Notes: a model not told the origin generated them from the sequence alone. A stretch of 20,000 bases of DNA from an uncultured virus (IMG/VR IMGVR_UViG_3300027801_002629) (IMGVR_UViG_3300027801_002629), one strand, 5' to 3'; shown: positions 1 to 9,415, counted from the first letter of the stretch. Made by a program: numbers and translations.

Positions 1-253
1 CCATAAAAGTACGCTCACCATTTGAATGTTGATCTAAACACTCGCCACACAAAGCTGGGTGTTCACCTTTATCATCTATTTTATGATTGATATCACGTAG
101 ATATTCACTAGTAAAAAAAGAATCTATACTTTTATAATCCTTTAACATAAGGTCTTTTCTAAACCCAAATGGCTTCTGAGCTTGACAGCATGGAGCTAAA
201 CTACCATTTGGATTAATTACTAAAGAACATTTAGGCACTTGACACTTAATCAT
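1..253 (-). CDS. N-terminal SPASM/twitch-type Cys domain, probably of a radical SAM protein (partial; runs off the window start)
   Basis: Not in the ORF track. ATG at 253 overlaps the TGA of the upstream gene (ATGA). Manual translation MIKCQVPKCSLVINPNGSLAPCCQAQKPFGFRKD...FFTSEYLRDINHKIDDKGEHPALCGECLDQHSNGERTFM is open to the edge. It has the same C-x2-P...G...CC...CxxC pattern as the N-terminus of 4011..5159. The radical SAM core itself is outside the window. Confidence 0.8.
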   Translation of the reverse strand, partial: MIKCQVPKCSLVINPNGSLAPCCQAQKPFGFRKDLMLKDYKSIDSFFTSEYLRDINHKIDDKGEHPALCGECLDQHSNGERTFM

Positions 254-1278
254 ACAAATTCCTGTAAATTATGTCGAATAGTTAATGGTCCTCCCATGAC
301 TTTTTTTAATTCTACCAAACTCATTAGATCCTTAAATTCTTCATTATTAATTACTTCAATTTTTTCATATTGTTCATCTGATAAATGTCCCCATTGTCTA
401 GGACGCTTAAATTCCACAAAGGTGCCTTCTGCATATAAAGGAAATGATTCACCAAGTTTTATAAAATCTAACATTTCTTTATAATTGTCTTGTTGTACTA
501 CCATACTAATGCCCAATAGTTTCAAATTGGGTAAGCGTTTAATAAACTCTAAATTGTTTAATAATCTTTTCCAATTTCCTGGAGGTCTAACTTTTAAATA
601 AGTTTCCTCACATGCAGCATCTATTGAAATATCTATTGACAAATCTAAATCATGTATCCCTTTCATTTTTTGATATAATTTGTCAGTAAGTAACTGTCCG
701 TTAGTATGAAAATGTATACGTTTAATATTCGGATATTTTTGAGAGTTGAATTCAAATAAAAATTTTCGAAAGATTTGACTCTGAAAAGGATCACCTACAC
801 CAGTTAATGCGATTGATTCTACTTCAGGTAAAATATTCTCTTCTACATAATTATGTAGGTGTTGTAATTTTGTAAGATCCTCTCCTTTTGCATGAAAGAA
901 ATTATGCCTACAAGTTGGACATTTTAAATTACACGTTTCATCATAATTTAAGTTGATGTGATTTAGTCTAAATGGTTTCTTGGTATAGCGACTTTGTACA
1001 TTTTCAACAAGAGGTGTGACATGATTAGAAAAAACACCAGATAAACAATCTCCAATATATGGACACCAACCCCAATCACAATATTTTAATGTACCATCAT
1101 AACACGAATCACGGAATTTTGTAACAGCTTTACCTGACCATATTTCCTCCCAGCTATCATTAAAAATATTACCAAAGGGAAACTCAACCCAGTCAGGGCA
1201 ACATGCTGGCCAAACATTGCCGCTGTCATCTATAGAAATTCTTTCAAATGGCAAGTTACAAAAAAGTTTCATTTTCAT
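250..1278 (-). CDS. Radical SAM protein with N-terminal SPASM/twitch domain
   Basis: CNLKCPTC (CxxxCxxC), LTGVGDPF (GGEP-like), HTNG and SIDA motifs. N-terminal FCNLPF...GNVWPACC...GNI...WEEIW...YCDWGWCP. Confidence 0.9.
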   Translation of the reverse strand: MKMKLFCNLPFERISIDDSGNVWPACCPDWVEFPFGNIFNDSWEEIWSGKAVTKFRDSCYDGTLKYCDWGWCPYIGDCLSGVFSNHVTPLVENVQSRYTKKPFRLNHINLNYDETCNLKCPTCRHNFFHAKGEDLTKLQHLHNYVEENILPEVESIALTGVGDPFQSQIFRKFLFEFNSQKYPNIKRIHFHTNGQLLTDKLYQKMKGIHDLDLSIDISIDAACEETYLKVRPPGNWKRLLNNLEFIKRLPNLKLLGISMVVQQDNYKEMLDFIKLGESFPLYAEGTFVEFKRPRQWGHLSDEQYEKIEVINNEEFKDLMSLVELKKVMGGPLTIRHNLQEFV

Positions 1279-1886
1279 AATTCATTAAACTCTATTGTGC
1301 CATTCCAATATTCATAAGATCCCCCTACTGAAACTCTCTGGCTATAATTGAATAATTTATTAATTTTTATTAAGTCTCTATCTTTTTCCATATCTGTTGG
1401 TAAATATATATCTTCCCAATCTATTAATGTCATAGTATTTTTATCTGCAATAACATCAGATAATTGATATGTGTATTTTGCATAAGGTAATATCTCTTGA
1501 TATGTATTTTTAAAAAAATTAGCTATTGTCCATTTTACTAAATCAGAGCTTTCATTATCTTGTATATATTGTTTACCACTATATCCGTTTATAAATTTGT
1601 AGGTATAATATTCTCTATCCTCTTTTATTATATAATCAATAATATAGTTTGGATTTATTTTATTTAATATTTTAATTTCTTCTTTATAATGTTCCCCTTT
1701 CGGAAAATATTTTGTTACTAATCCATTTAGATATGTCATTCTTCTATTAGATATAGCGTATACACCTTCATACCATTCCCAATCAAATGATTCGACCGGT
1801 TCATACCATTGATTTGTATCAAAATTTATTACGTATGTATGGTCTTTTTTAAAATATTGTTTACCCTTCTGCCAATACCAATCCAT
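1275..1886 (-). CDS. Protein kinase-like / phosphotransferase-fold protein with a degenerate catalytic loop
   Basis: VTKYF...YKEEIKILNKI (beta3 Lys and alphaC Glu), YYTYKFING hinge, and TLIDWED (APH/choline-kinase-type Mg-binding DWE). The HxDxxxxN loop reads YTYQLSD. Confidence 0.5.
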   Translation of the reverse strand: MDWYWQKGKQYFKKDHTYVINFDTNQWYEPVESFDWEWYEGVYAISNRRMTYLNGLVTKYFPKGEHYKEEIKILNKINPNYIIDYIIKEDREYYTYKFINGYSGKQYIQDNESSDLVKWTIANFFKNTYQEILPYAKYTYQLSDVIADKNTMTLIDWEDIYLPTDMEKDRDLIKINKLFNYSQRVSVGGSYEYWNGTIEFNEL

Positions 1887-1892
1887 ATTATT

Positions 1893-2669
1893 TCATTTCC
1901 AACATTGTTCAATCCAATTATGTTGACCAACTGCCTCATGTAATTCTATGTGATGATCATAATTTTTATCACAATTAAAAACACATATTATTTTTTCAGG
2001 TCTATGTATATGATATTCTACATCGTCCGGCCAATGACATCCACGATTAAAACTATAATAATATTCTGACGGAACAAAATCAAAAGAATCTAAATGTCGA
2101 TTACTAATATAATTATCACTTCCTCCATAAAACAAAAAATAAATCATTTCAGTATTATTGTTCAAATCTTCCCAGATCTTTTTAGTCGATTCACAATCTT
2201 CCCATAGATAAATTCCTCCATTATTTCTTGCCCCATATCGTTTAGCCCAAGCTGGTTTTTTTTCTTCATCCATATCATGCCACCATGACCTAGCAGTTAG
2301 CGGTTTTCCTTGATATAAATCAAGTAATGGACACATATCTTTTTGTATAATGAGATCAATGTCTAGTGCTATCTTTAATCCTGTTAAGTTCCATCCATTA
2401 GGTTTCCAATAATTTAATTTTGGTCTGTCCCAAAGTCGTGGCTTATTAAATCTAAAATCTTCTGATGCTTCCATTTCCTCTGGAGTAGAATTTGGGAGAT
2501 CAGTTAAAAATGGTAGAGTTTCTATTTTTGTATTTAATCCATCTCTAACATTTGTCTGACAAAAAAAGGTGAAATCTCTATGGAGATTTTTCTTTACTCC
2601 ATTGTACAACTTATTCACATAATCTGTTGTATATTTTGTTCCCCATAATGAACATATTACATTAATCAT
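1893..2669 (-). CDS. GT-A fold glycosyltransferase
   Basis: N-terminal VICSLWGTKYTTDYVNKLY...FTFFCQT, DxD motif (ALDIDLII), NGGIYLW and GSDNYI. Paralog of 3361..4014. Confidence 0.75.
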   Translation of the reverse strand: MINVICSLWGTKYTTDYVNKLYNGVKKNLHRDFTFFCQTNVRDGLNTKIETLPFLTDLPNSTPEEMEASEDFRFNKPRLWDRPKLNYWKPNGWNLTGLKIALDIDLIIQKDMCPLLDLYQGKPLTARSWWHDMDEEKKPAWAKRYGARNNGGIYLWEDCESTKKIWEDLNNNTEMIYFLFYGGSDNYISNRHLDSFDFVPSEYYYSFNRGCHWPDDVEYHIHRPEKIICVFNCDKNYDHHIELHEAVGQHNWIEQCWK

Positions 2670-3385
2670 TTTTGATATCCAATAAGGGAAAGAGTTTTAT
2701 ATTTTTCATTATTTCTATCCCCATAATTGTTGTAACTACGTGCATATGGATCGGTGCTTTTATAGAGTACGTTATTCATTCCAGATTGTTCTTGAAATTT
2801 CTCAAGAGTTTCACAGCAATTGACATGAGAATCTTCTAGATCATAATTATTTATTTGGTATCCAAGAACAGGATTAGTTGTTTTTAGCTCCAAATGCTTC
2901 ATGTAGTACATATGTTCACATGCTGTATTTATTATTACGTCAGGAGGATATTTCTCTTCCCAATATTCTGATTTCCCAAATAACAAATCAAAATTAACAT
3001 CACAAAGTTCTCTAACAAGTAAACGATTATGTTTTTCATTGAATGTCCAACAAATTTCATGAACCTCATTATCAAAATCAAATGCTATTATATGTTTTAC
3101 TTTAGGGAAATAGTGCATAATCAATGGTATCATTATATGTCCATACCAACTCCCTAAAATCCAGAATGTCATTTCTTTATCCGAATCTGCACAAAGACTA
3201 AGATTTTCAATTAGGCTACATTTATGCCTATATTGTCGTTCAGTATTTGCTAAAGCAAAATCACGCCATCTCCACGGAAAATTATGTGTAATACGTTCTA
3301 GTGCATGACTCCATTCCCACACAGGAAATATTTGATTCTCCATTGAGAAAGTTTCAGGATTTAATTCCATAATTTTTTCACCCAA
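2666..3385 (-). CDS. Class I SAM-dependent methyltransferase-like protein
   Basis: ILGSWYG motif-I variant, acidic AFDFD at the end of beta2, DVIINTACEHM and YQINNY...HVNC. True start may be ATG 3370 (MELNPE). Paralog of 7257..7847. Confidence 0.65.
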   Translation of the reverse strand: MGEKIMELNPETFSMENQIFPVWEWSHALERITHNFPWRWRDFALANTERQYRHKCSLIENLSLCADSDKEMTFWILGSWYGHIMIPLIMHYFPKVKHIIAFDFDNEVHEICWTFNEKHNRLLVRELCDVNFDLLFGKSEYWEEKYPPDVIINTACEHMYYMKHLELKTTNPVLGYQINNYDLEDSHVNCCETLEKFQEQSGMNNVLYKSTDPYARSYNNYGDRNNEKYKTLSLIGYQK

Positions 3386-4014
3386 TCTACGTGCATTAAA
3401 GTATCTTGTTTATTTTGAATATAATCAAATAATATTACAGGACGATCTTCTCTATGTTGATCATTACTAGAGTAAGAGTATGCTATATTATCATACAATG
3501 AATAACTCATTTTATGCTTATAGTTTATATAATTATCAATTCCATGAAATAAAAATATTATCATTTCTTTGTTCTCTTCAAATTCTTGCCAAATATGATG
3601 ACGCTTAGTGTCCTTGTTCCAAGATAAAATGGAAGAGTTTATATCGCAGTATTGATAATGTTTACACAACACATCTTGTCGCATCTGTTCACAATCTACC
3701 CAATCTGTATATAAAAATTTAGTATTCTTATCATATTCTATTTTAAACGTATCTTGAAGGATGATGTCTAAATCGAAATAAACACTATCATCCAGTGTCA
3801 TCCACTCTTCATTAAATAGCCACATTTTCCACCACCATTTAGATAACTTATCATTTGGTAGTGGTATGATGTTAATATTTTTGTTAATGTTTTTCGGATC
3901 TTCTGTTATACAATGAAAATCAAAATTTTCAAAATGACGGACGCACATATTATATAATTTGTTCACAAATACATAATTATACTTGGTTCCCCATTTAAGA
4001 CATATTATATTCAA
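3361..4014 (-). CDS. GT-A fold glycosyltransferase
   Basis: IICLKWGTKYNYVFVNKLY...FHCITED, WWWKMWLF, YFDLDIIL (DxD), NSSILSW and GIDNYI. TTG start in a TTGA overlap preceded by GAGGAG. Confidence 0.8.
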   Translation of the reverse strand: MNIICLKWGTKYNYVFVNKLYNMCVRHFENFDFHCITEDPKNINKNINIIPLPNDKLSKWWWKMWLFNEEWMTLDDSVYFDLDIILQDTFKIEYDKNTKFLYTDWVDCEQMRQDVLCKHYQYCDINSSILSWNKDTKRHHIWQEFEENKEMIIFLFHGIDNYINYKHKMSYSLYDNIAYSYSSNDQHREDRPVILFDYIQNKQDTLMHVDWVKKLWN

Positions 4015-5159
4015 CAGTACTCCTCAAATTCTGGCCATAAGTTGAGAAAGTTTGTTCCCCTGGACTTATCCATGTTTTTTAATTTATCAAGTAATACTTT
4101 AAACATTTGATGATCACCTTCTGGTGATTCTAAAACACCATTTACTGTAGAAAATTTATATTGTTTAAGTTTTTCTATATAATATTTTTTAATTTTTGTA
4201 GGTAAATTTAGTGGATTATATCTTGGTGGAATTTTTACAATATTTTCTGGACACACTTCTATATTCAGTTGTTGACCATAATCATGTAGTTCACCCAAAT
4301 ATCCAACATTTAAGGATTGAATTGTTGGATTTATTTCTACACGAAATTTACCTCTACCTACATCATGCATCAATAAAATATAATCTAGTAAGTGTTTTTC
4401 TTTACTACCCCACTTAGTGTTCTCTCTAATATATTCATCCCTTTCACCATATGCATCAATAGAAACATTCAGGCTCACCTGTCTAAAATACGGCAAATAT
4501 TTTTCAAATTTTGATACTGGTGCAGTTCCATTGGTGTTAAAATATATTTCTAGATGTGAATGACCCATATCTATACACCATTGAATTACTTTTAAACATG
4601 AATTTTTTAATAGAGTAGGTTCTCCTCCAGAAAATTGTAAAACTTGACAGCTTGGAAGTATCTTATTTAAGTCATCATAAAAATCATCAGAAAAATCCGG
4701 ATCATAAACATATCCACCAATCAATGAAGAACTACGTGGATTACACATTATACATTTTAAATTACAAGTATTTCCAACTGCAATTTTGAAAAACTGCATG
4801 GAAGGCTCTAGATATTGAGTAAAATCTTCTTTAACTATGTTATAATTTTTTTCTAAAATTAAATTATTCCATCCCTCATCACCACGTTCTTCCAATTCTC
4901 GGGTTCTTTTGGAAGCACCAAAGTTTTTTTCGCTGTCAAGACAAATACCACATACTTCTTGAATGAGTAATTCTTCTTCAGGGTGATCTGTTAAAAATGC
5001 TTTTCTTAAATTTTGGCTATATTCATTATTAAAAAATTCTATAGGAGTTTGTTCATGAATAGAAATTGATGATTTTTTAGATTCACAACATGTACCATAT
5101 AAACCTCCTGGCCTCATTGCGGTATGTACAAAAGGTAATGGACATAACCATTTTTTCAT
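4011..5159 (-). CDS. Twitch-domain-containing radical SAM protein
   Basis: CPLPFVH...GTCC...CGIC N-terminal domain, then CNLKCIMC, FSGGEPT, NTNGT and VSIDAYG. ATGA overlap with an upstream GAGGT. Confidence 0.92.
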   Translation of the reverse strand: MKKWLCPLPFVHTAMRPGGLYGTCCESKKSSISIHEQTPIEFFNNEYSQNLRKAFLTDHPEEELLIQEVCGICLDSEKNFGASKRTRELEERGDEGWNNLILEKNYNIVKEDFTQYLEPSMQFFKIAVGNTCNLKCIMCNPRSSSLIGGYVYDPDFSDDFYDDLNKILPSCQVLQFSGGEPTLLKNSCLKVIQWCIDMGHSHLEIYFNTNGTAPVSKFEKYLPYFRQVSLNVSIDAYGERDEYIRENTKWGSKEKHLLDYILLMHDVGRGKFRVEINPTIQSLNVGYLGELHDYGQQLNIEVCPENIVKIPPRYNPLNLPTKIKKYYIEKLKQYKFSTVNGVLESPEGDHQMFKVLLDKLKNMDKSRGTNFLNLWPEFEEYC

Positions 5160-6217
5160 AAACTACCTCTCAATTTAAAAAATGGTTTATCTTCATCAGA
5201 ATATTCGTATAATTTATTTCCACCACCAAAATCCGCTTTCTTATGTAGAGCCATTACTTCATAGTCCAAATTTTTATACGGCGATATAATATCGATCATT
5301 TTTAATATCATATTTTTATACTCTTTATCATACATAAATTTTACTTTGAAAGTTTTACATTTGTCATCTCTGATAGATAAAAAGTTCTGTAGTTTATTTA
5401 AAAATTTATCATTCATATAGGCAAGATGTACACTAAATGTAACATCGCATAACGTATTTAATTTATATAATTTTTTAATATTCCCTGTTAAATTAGTTAA
5501 GGTTCTAATTTGAACATCGCTAAATCTAGTATCAGTATTAATCATATCTAACAAATCAAAATAATGAGGAATTATTGTTGGCTCTCCACCATGCATAATA
5601 TAATCTACTTTTTTGTTTTTTAAATTTTCTTCTCTTGAAATAACTGTATCAGTTATAAATTTATAATCATTTTTTAGTTTCTCTAAAGTAGGATATGGAC
5701 TTATATTATCATGTATGGTAGGAGGACAATAATAACAATCAAAGTTACACCGTTTACTTAAATACCAATCAATATGAATCATCATGTTTTTAATGAATTC
5801 AGATGCACCAAATGCAAGAATTTTTTCAGTATTATCATATTCTGGAAGATTTTTTAATTGGTCTTCGCTGGTAGAACATTGAACCAAGTCAATTAAATTT
5901 TCTATATCTTTCTTTGTTCTTCCCTTTGGTAGCCAAATATCCTGTCCACAATGACAATTTTCCATAGGACAAACTCCAAAATTTTTATCAAATCCCCCTT
6001 GGCTGTCATCAAATAATTTATAATTTTTATTAAATTTAACCCTTGTTAATCCGCTGCAAACAGTATTACTAATATAACCACTATCGAGAAGTTTTTCATT
6101 TTCAAAATTGTATAAATGATTAGCTGTATTACATATCCAACCTTTCACTTCAGTATGAAATTTTAAATCAACTAATCTGATTTTACGTAATCCTTTATCA
6201 GTACTAACAGCTAACAT
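5156..6217 (-). CDS. Radical SAM protein with N-terminal Cys-rich (SPASM-like) domain
   Basis: WYLSKRCNFDCYYCPPTIHD, HGGEPT, LTN and FSVH motifs. N-terminal KGWIC...VC...CPMENCHCGQDIWLPK. Confidence 0.88.
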   Translation of the reverse strand: MLAVSTDKGLRKIRLVDLKFHTEVKGWICNTANHLYNFENEKLLDSGYISNTVCSGLTRVKFNKNYKLFDDSQGGFDKNFGVCPMENCHCGQDIWLPKGRTKKDIENLIDLVQCSTSEDQLKNLPEYDNTEKILAFGASEFIKNMMIHIDWYLSKRCNFDCYYCPPTIHDNISPYPTLEKLKNDYKFITDTVISREENLKNKKVDYIMHGGEPTIIPHYFDLLDMINTDTRFSDVQIRTLTNLTGNIKKLYKLNTLCDVTFSVHLAYMNDKFLNKLQNFLSIRDDKCKTFKVKFMYDKEYKNMILKMIDIISPYKNLDYEVMALHKKADFGGGNKLYEYSDEDKPFFKLRGSL

Positions 6218-7257
6218 ACATATTCCTTTTTATTGATTTTTGCACCACATACTTTATAACATCTTTCTGGTTTAAGGTCTAGATGCATTTGTACAAGCTG
6301 AGAAAACCAAGGATCTTTTATCACTTCTGATAATCCTTTATTTTTTCCTTGTAATCTATTTAAATCCATATTATTAAACATATTAATTAATTCTTCTTGA
6401 CGATGCCAATTTGCTTGTTTATTAGGTTTATTTACTACAGAAGCATAGAGAAACATTCCTAGATAACAACAGGGTGTTATATAACCCAAGCAATCAATGT
6501 ATGCTTCTTGTCGAGCTTTGGCAAAACACGTAATTTCTTTTTTGTCTGAATATGTTTCTATATTCATTAATTGTTTTTTATTTGGCTCAATTGTTGATCT
6601 TTCAAGTGTATATTTTTTATCCTTATAGATATATTCAAGAGAGTCACCATCCCAAAATCTTTCTGTAGAAATTATATTAAGTTTACTGAAGTTTAATTTC
6701 TCTGACATTTCACGTGCAACATCAATATAGTTTTCATTGTGTTTGAATACAAGATAATCCCAGAATACTTCAAACCCAGCATCTATACACATAGTTGCAT
6801 TGTTTATAATTTTATCGAATTTTGTCCCAACTCTATATCTACTATGTTGTTCTTGATTAATTCCATCTATGCCAAAAACAAATCTAATTCTTTTATTATA
6901 GGTATGTAATTTTGTACATAATTCCCACCACCAATCTTCATTATGCATTGACCCGTTAGTATGTAATTCTATTGTAGCCCAATCTTTTTTTTGAGTGTTT
7001 TTTAGAATATAATCACATATGCTTATTATATCTGTAGCTATAAGTGGATCACCGAAATTTCCACAAAAGTTAACTTTTTCTATTGACGCTAAATCGTCTA
7101 AAGAAATAATTTTTTTTATATCTTTTAAGGTTAATTCTTTTTTTAGAATCCAATCTTGAGGTTTTCCTGTTTCTATATTTGTTCTAATACATTGAGGGCA
7201 TCTAGCATTACACTTATCTGTTAATTCTATATGTAATTGTTTTATTTTATTATACAT
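6211..7257 (-). CDS. Radical SAM protein with C-terminal SPASM/twitch domain
   Basis: HIELTDKCNARCPQCIR, FCGNFGDP, HTNGS and FGIDG. C-terminal ITCFAK...YIDCLGYITPCCY...CYKVC. Confidence 0.92.
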   Translation of the reverse strand: MYNKIKQLHIELTDKCNARCPQCIRTNIETGKPQDWILKKELTLKDIKKIISLDDLASIEKVNFCGNFGDPLIATDIISICDYILKNTQKKDWATIELHTNGSMHNEDWWWELCTKLHTYNKRIRFVFGIDGINQEQHSRYRVGTKFDKIINNATMCIDAGFEVFWDYLVFKHNENYIDVAREMSEKLNFSKLNIISTERFWDGDSLEYIYKDKKYTLERSTIEPNKKQLMNIETYSDKKEITCFAKARQEAYIDCLGYITPCCYLGMFLYASVVNKPNKQANWHRQEELINMFNNMDLNRLQGKNKGLSEVIKDPWFSQLVQMHLDLKPERCYKVCGAKINKKEYVC

Positions 7258-7847
7258 TATTGTCCTATTACTAAAAATCGGTCATAAGTATTTCGAATCT
7301 TTTTTGAACCGGAATACATTATCTTTTTCAGGGGCAAATACTCAATAAACTCTTCCAAGGTATCTGAACAATTAGTGTGATCTTCTATGTCGTACCAATT
7401 ATTAGATTGTAATGCACAGATCACATTCACAGGTTTGTTTTGTAGAAAAAATTGAAGTTCTTCACGATTAACATGTTCTACAGAAGTAGACACAAAAATA
7501 TCAAAATCTTGTAAAGAGTATTCAAATACATTATTTGTATCAAATTTTATATGGGGGAAAATTTCTTTTCCTATATCCTTGTGATGTTGTAGTAAATCTA
7601 CAGAAATAATTGAACTTGCATTTTTAAAAGTTTCACTAAGAAGATGTGCCATTAATCCTGTCCAACCACCTCCAACAAGAATTTTTGGATCTTTAAAATA
7701 AATTTGAGATTTTTGTAATTCTGAAGCTAACCATTCCTTACATTTAATATGATCATCATTTGTTGAATGTATGATATCAAGAATTTGCTCATCATCAATT
7801 TTGTTGTAAATTGTTTGAATGATTCTTTTGTAAATTTCAGTATTCAT
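7257..7847 (-). CDS. Class I SAM-dependent methyltransferase-like protein
   Basis: ILVGGGWTG, ISVD, STSVEHV, ALQSNNW...HTNC and RFLVIG. Same motif order as 2666..3385. Confidence 0.68.
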   Translation of the reverse strand: MNTEIYKRIIQTIYNKIDDEQILDIIHSTNDDHIKCKEWLASELQKSQIYFKDPKILVGGGWTGLMAHLLSETFKNASSIISVDLLQHHKDIGKEIFPHIKFDTNNVFEYSLQDFDIFVSTSVEHVNREELQFFLQNKPVNVICALQSNNWYDIEDHTNCSDTLEEFIEYLPLKKIMYSGSKKIRNTYDRFLVIGQ

Positions 7848-7855
7848 ATATACTT

Positions 7856-7863
7856 TATTTAAT
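7856..7863 (-). promoter_or_regulatory. Possible T4-like late promoter core (ATTAAATA versus consensus TATAAATA)
   Basis: Minus strand reads ATTAAATA-AAGTATAT-ATG, so TAAATA lies 8 nt before the ATG at 7847, at one of the few non-overlapping gene junctions, with no Shine-Dalgarno. Weak, because the motif is AT-rich and overlaps a TAA stop. Confidence 0.3.
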
Positions 7864-9415
7864 TTGTCAAGTACCTATTGATATTTTTTTCCAATTTTCC
7901 TATTTCAAATTGCATAGGGTCATCAAAATATTTAAAATCTAACTCTCTACATTTATCTGCTAATCTTTTATGTCTATCAATTCTTACTGATAAATCATTG
8001 TAAACTTTTCCATCATCATAAATCCAATACATTCTAAATGGAAAATTTCGTGGAAATCTTTTATCTTTTATAAGAAATCCTTTTTTACCATATTCATCCT
8101 TTGCTCTTGTTCTAGGTTTAACTCTCATTAATACACCAATGTACAATGGTTTTAATATATCATCATAAGGTTTAAGTTTTTCTACTGTATCCAAAGTATC
8201 CAAAAATTCTTCTTCTGTTTCTGTAGGATATCCTACAAAAAACATACTTCTAGTTGTAATGTTTAATCTATGACACTGTGCCATAAAATATATCAAATCT
8301 TCTTTTGTATATTTTTTATCCATTTCTTTTAGGGTATCTGTACTTCCACTCTCTATTCCAATTTTTATGTGATGTAATCCACTTTCTCTTAATCTATCCC
8401 ACATATCTGGCGACATCTGTTTTTTAGCTCTAACAGCAAAATAAGCACTCCAAGCAAATTTAATATTATTTTCCTTTTGGTATTGTAAAAGTCTATCAAC
8501 GATTTGGTTCATTTTTTTTAAATCACCATTTACAATATTATCTACAAAAACAAAATCAGCAACACCATAAGTTTCATAATAATAGATCAATTCTTCTGCT
8601 ACTTTAGTTCCTTCTCTAGCTCTATAGATACCAAACTCTCCACGAACATTACAAAATTTACAATCAAAAATACAACTTCGTGTACCTTCAATAAACAAAC
8701 TAGCTACACCCATAGTATTTTCAGCTAATTCATATGCATCTTTTGGATATTGAGTAAAATCAAAATCAGTATAATCTGGATATTCTATTTTACTCAAATC
8801 CACTTTAGGTGTTCTAGGAGCTTCAAGTTTCCATTTAGGATTATACGTATCTTTATTATAAACACCACTAACATTACTATCGTCTAACAAATTCTCAATA
8901 CCATGTTCTCCTTCTCCCACAACTATCCAATCAAGTATATCCCACCCCAATTCTAATCCAAAGTGTTCAGCAGCTGAACCACCTAATACAGTAGGAATGT
9001 GTGGAGCCCTTTCTTTTAATTTTTCTAAAAGTTTTCTAGCAGTTGATTGGCTTCTTATAAAATGCACACTTATACCAAAAAATCTAGGATTTGCTTCTGC
9101 AATCAAATCAGCCCATTCTTCTACAATTTTTTCTAAAGTTACATCATAAAAATCCTCAAACATTATGGGGTCTTGCCATAATTGCCATTTATCAGAACCT
9201 TCCCAAAACCTATCTTCATCCGATTGAAAAAATTCTTTATCCTTCTTTAATCTGTGCCATAAGTCTAAATTTAAATCAATACAGTAACATTTTTTTCCTA
9301 CAGTTTTAGCAAAAGATTTTATTCTAGCAGGGCCAATAGGTGGCCGTAACTCAATACTTGGAATATTAGCTATAACAATATCTTGGTTTTTAGGTATCTT
9401 TAAACTATATGGCAT
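7859..9415 (-). CDS. Cobalamin (B12)-binding radical SAM protein
   Basis: N-terminal B12-binding-like domain (PPIGPARIKS, FGISV, VLGGS, VVGEGE), then TRSCIFDCKFC, FVDN, IGIESGS and FVGYPTETEEEF. Confidence 0.9.
   Translation of the reverse strand: MPYSLKIPKNQDIVIANIPSIELRPPIGPARIKSFAKTVGKKCYCIDLNLDLWHRLKKDKEFFQSDEDRFWEGSDKWQLWQDPIMFEDFYDVTLEKIVEEWADLIAEANPRFFGISVHFIRSQSTARKLLEKLKERAPHIPTVLGGSAAEHFGLELGWDILDWIVVGEGEHGIENLLDDSNVSGVYNKDTYNPKWKLEAPRTPKVDLSKIEYPDYTDFDFTQYPKDAYELAENTMGVASLFIEGTRSCIFDCKFCNVRGEFGIYRAREGTKVAEELIYYYETYGVADFVFVDNIVNGDLKKMNQIVDRLLQYQKENNIKFAWSAYFAVRAKKQMSPDMWDRLRESGLHHIKIGIESGSTDTLKEMDKKYTKEDLIYFMAQCHRLNITTRSMFFVGYPTETEEEFLDTLDTVEKLKPYDDILKPLYIGVLMRVKPRTRAKDEYGKKGFLIKDKRFPRNFPFRMYWIYDDGKVYNDLSVRIDRHKRLADKCRELDFKYFDDPMQFEIGKLEKNINRYLTN

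Noticed and set aside
4011..7257. Naming the radical SAM genes moaA, pqqE or nrdG
   Set aside because: Only generic CxxxCxxC and GGEP-type motifs match, and partner genes (moaC, pqqA-D, nrdD) are absent from the window.
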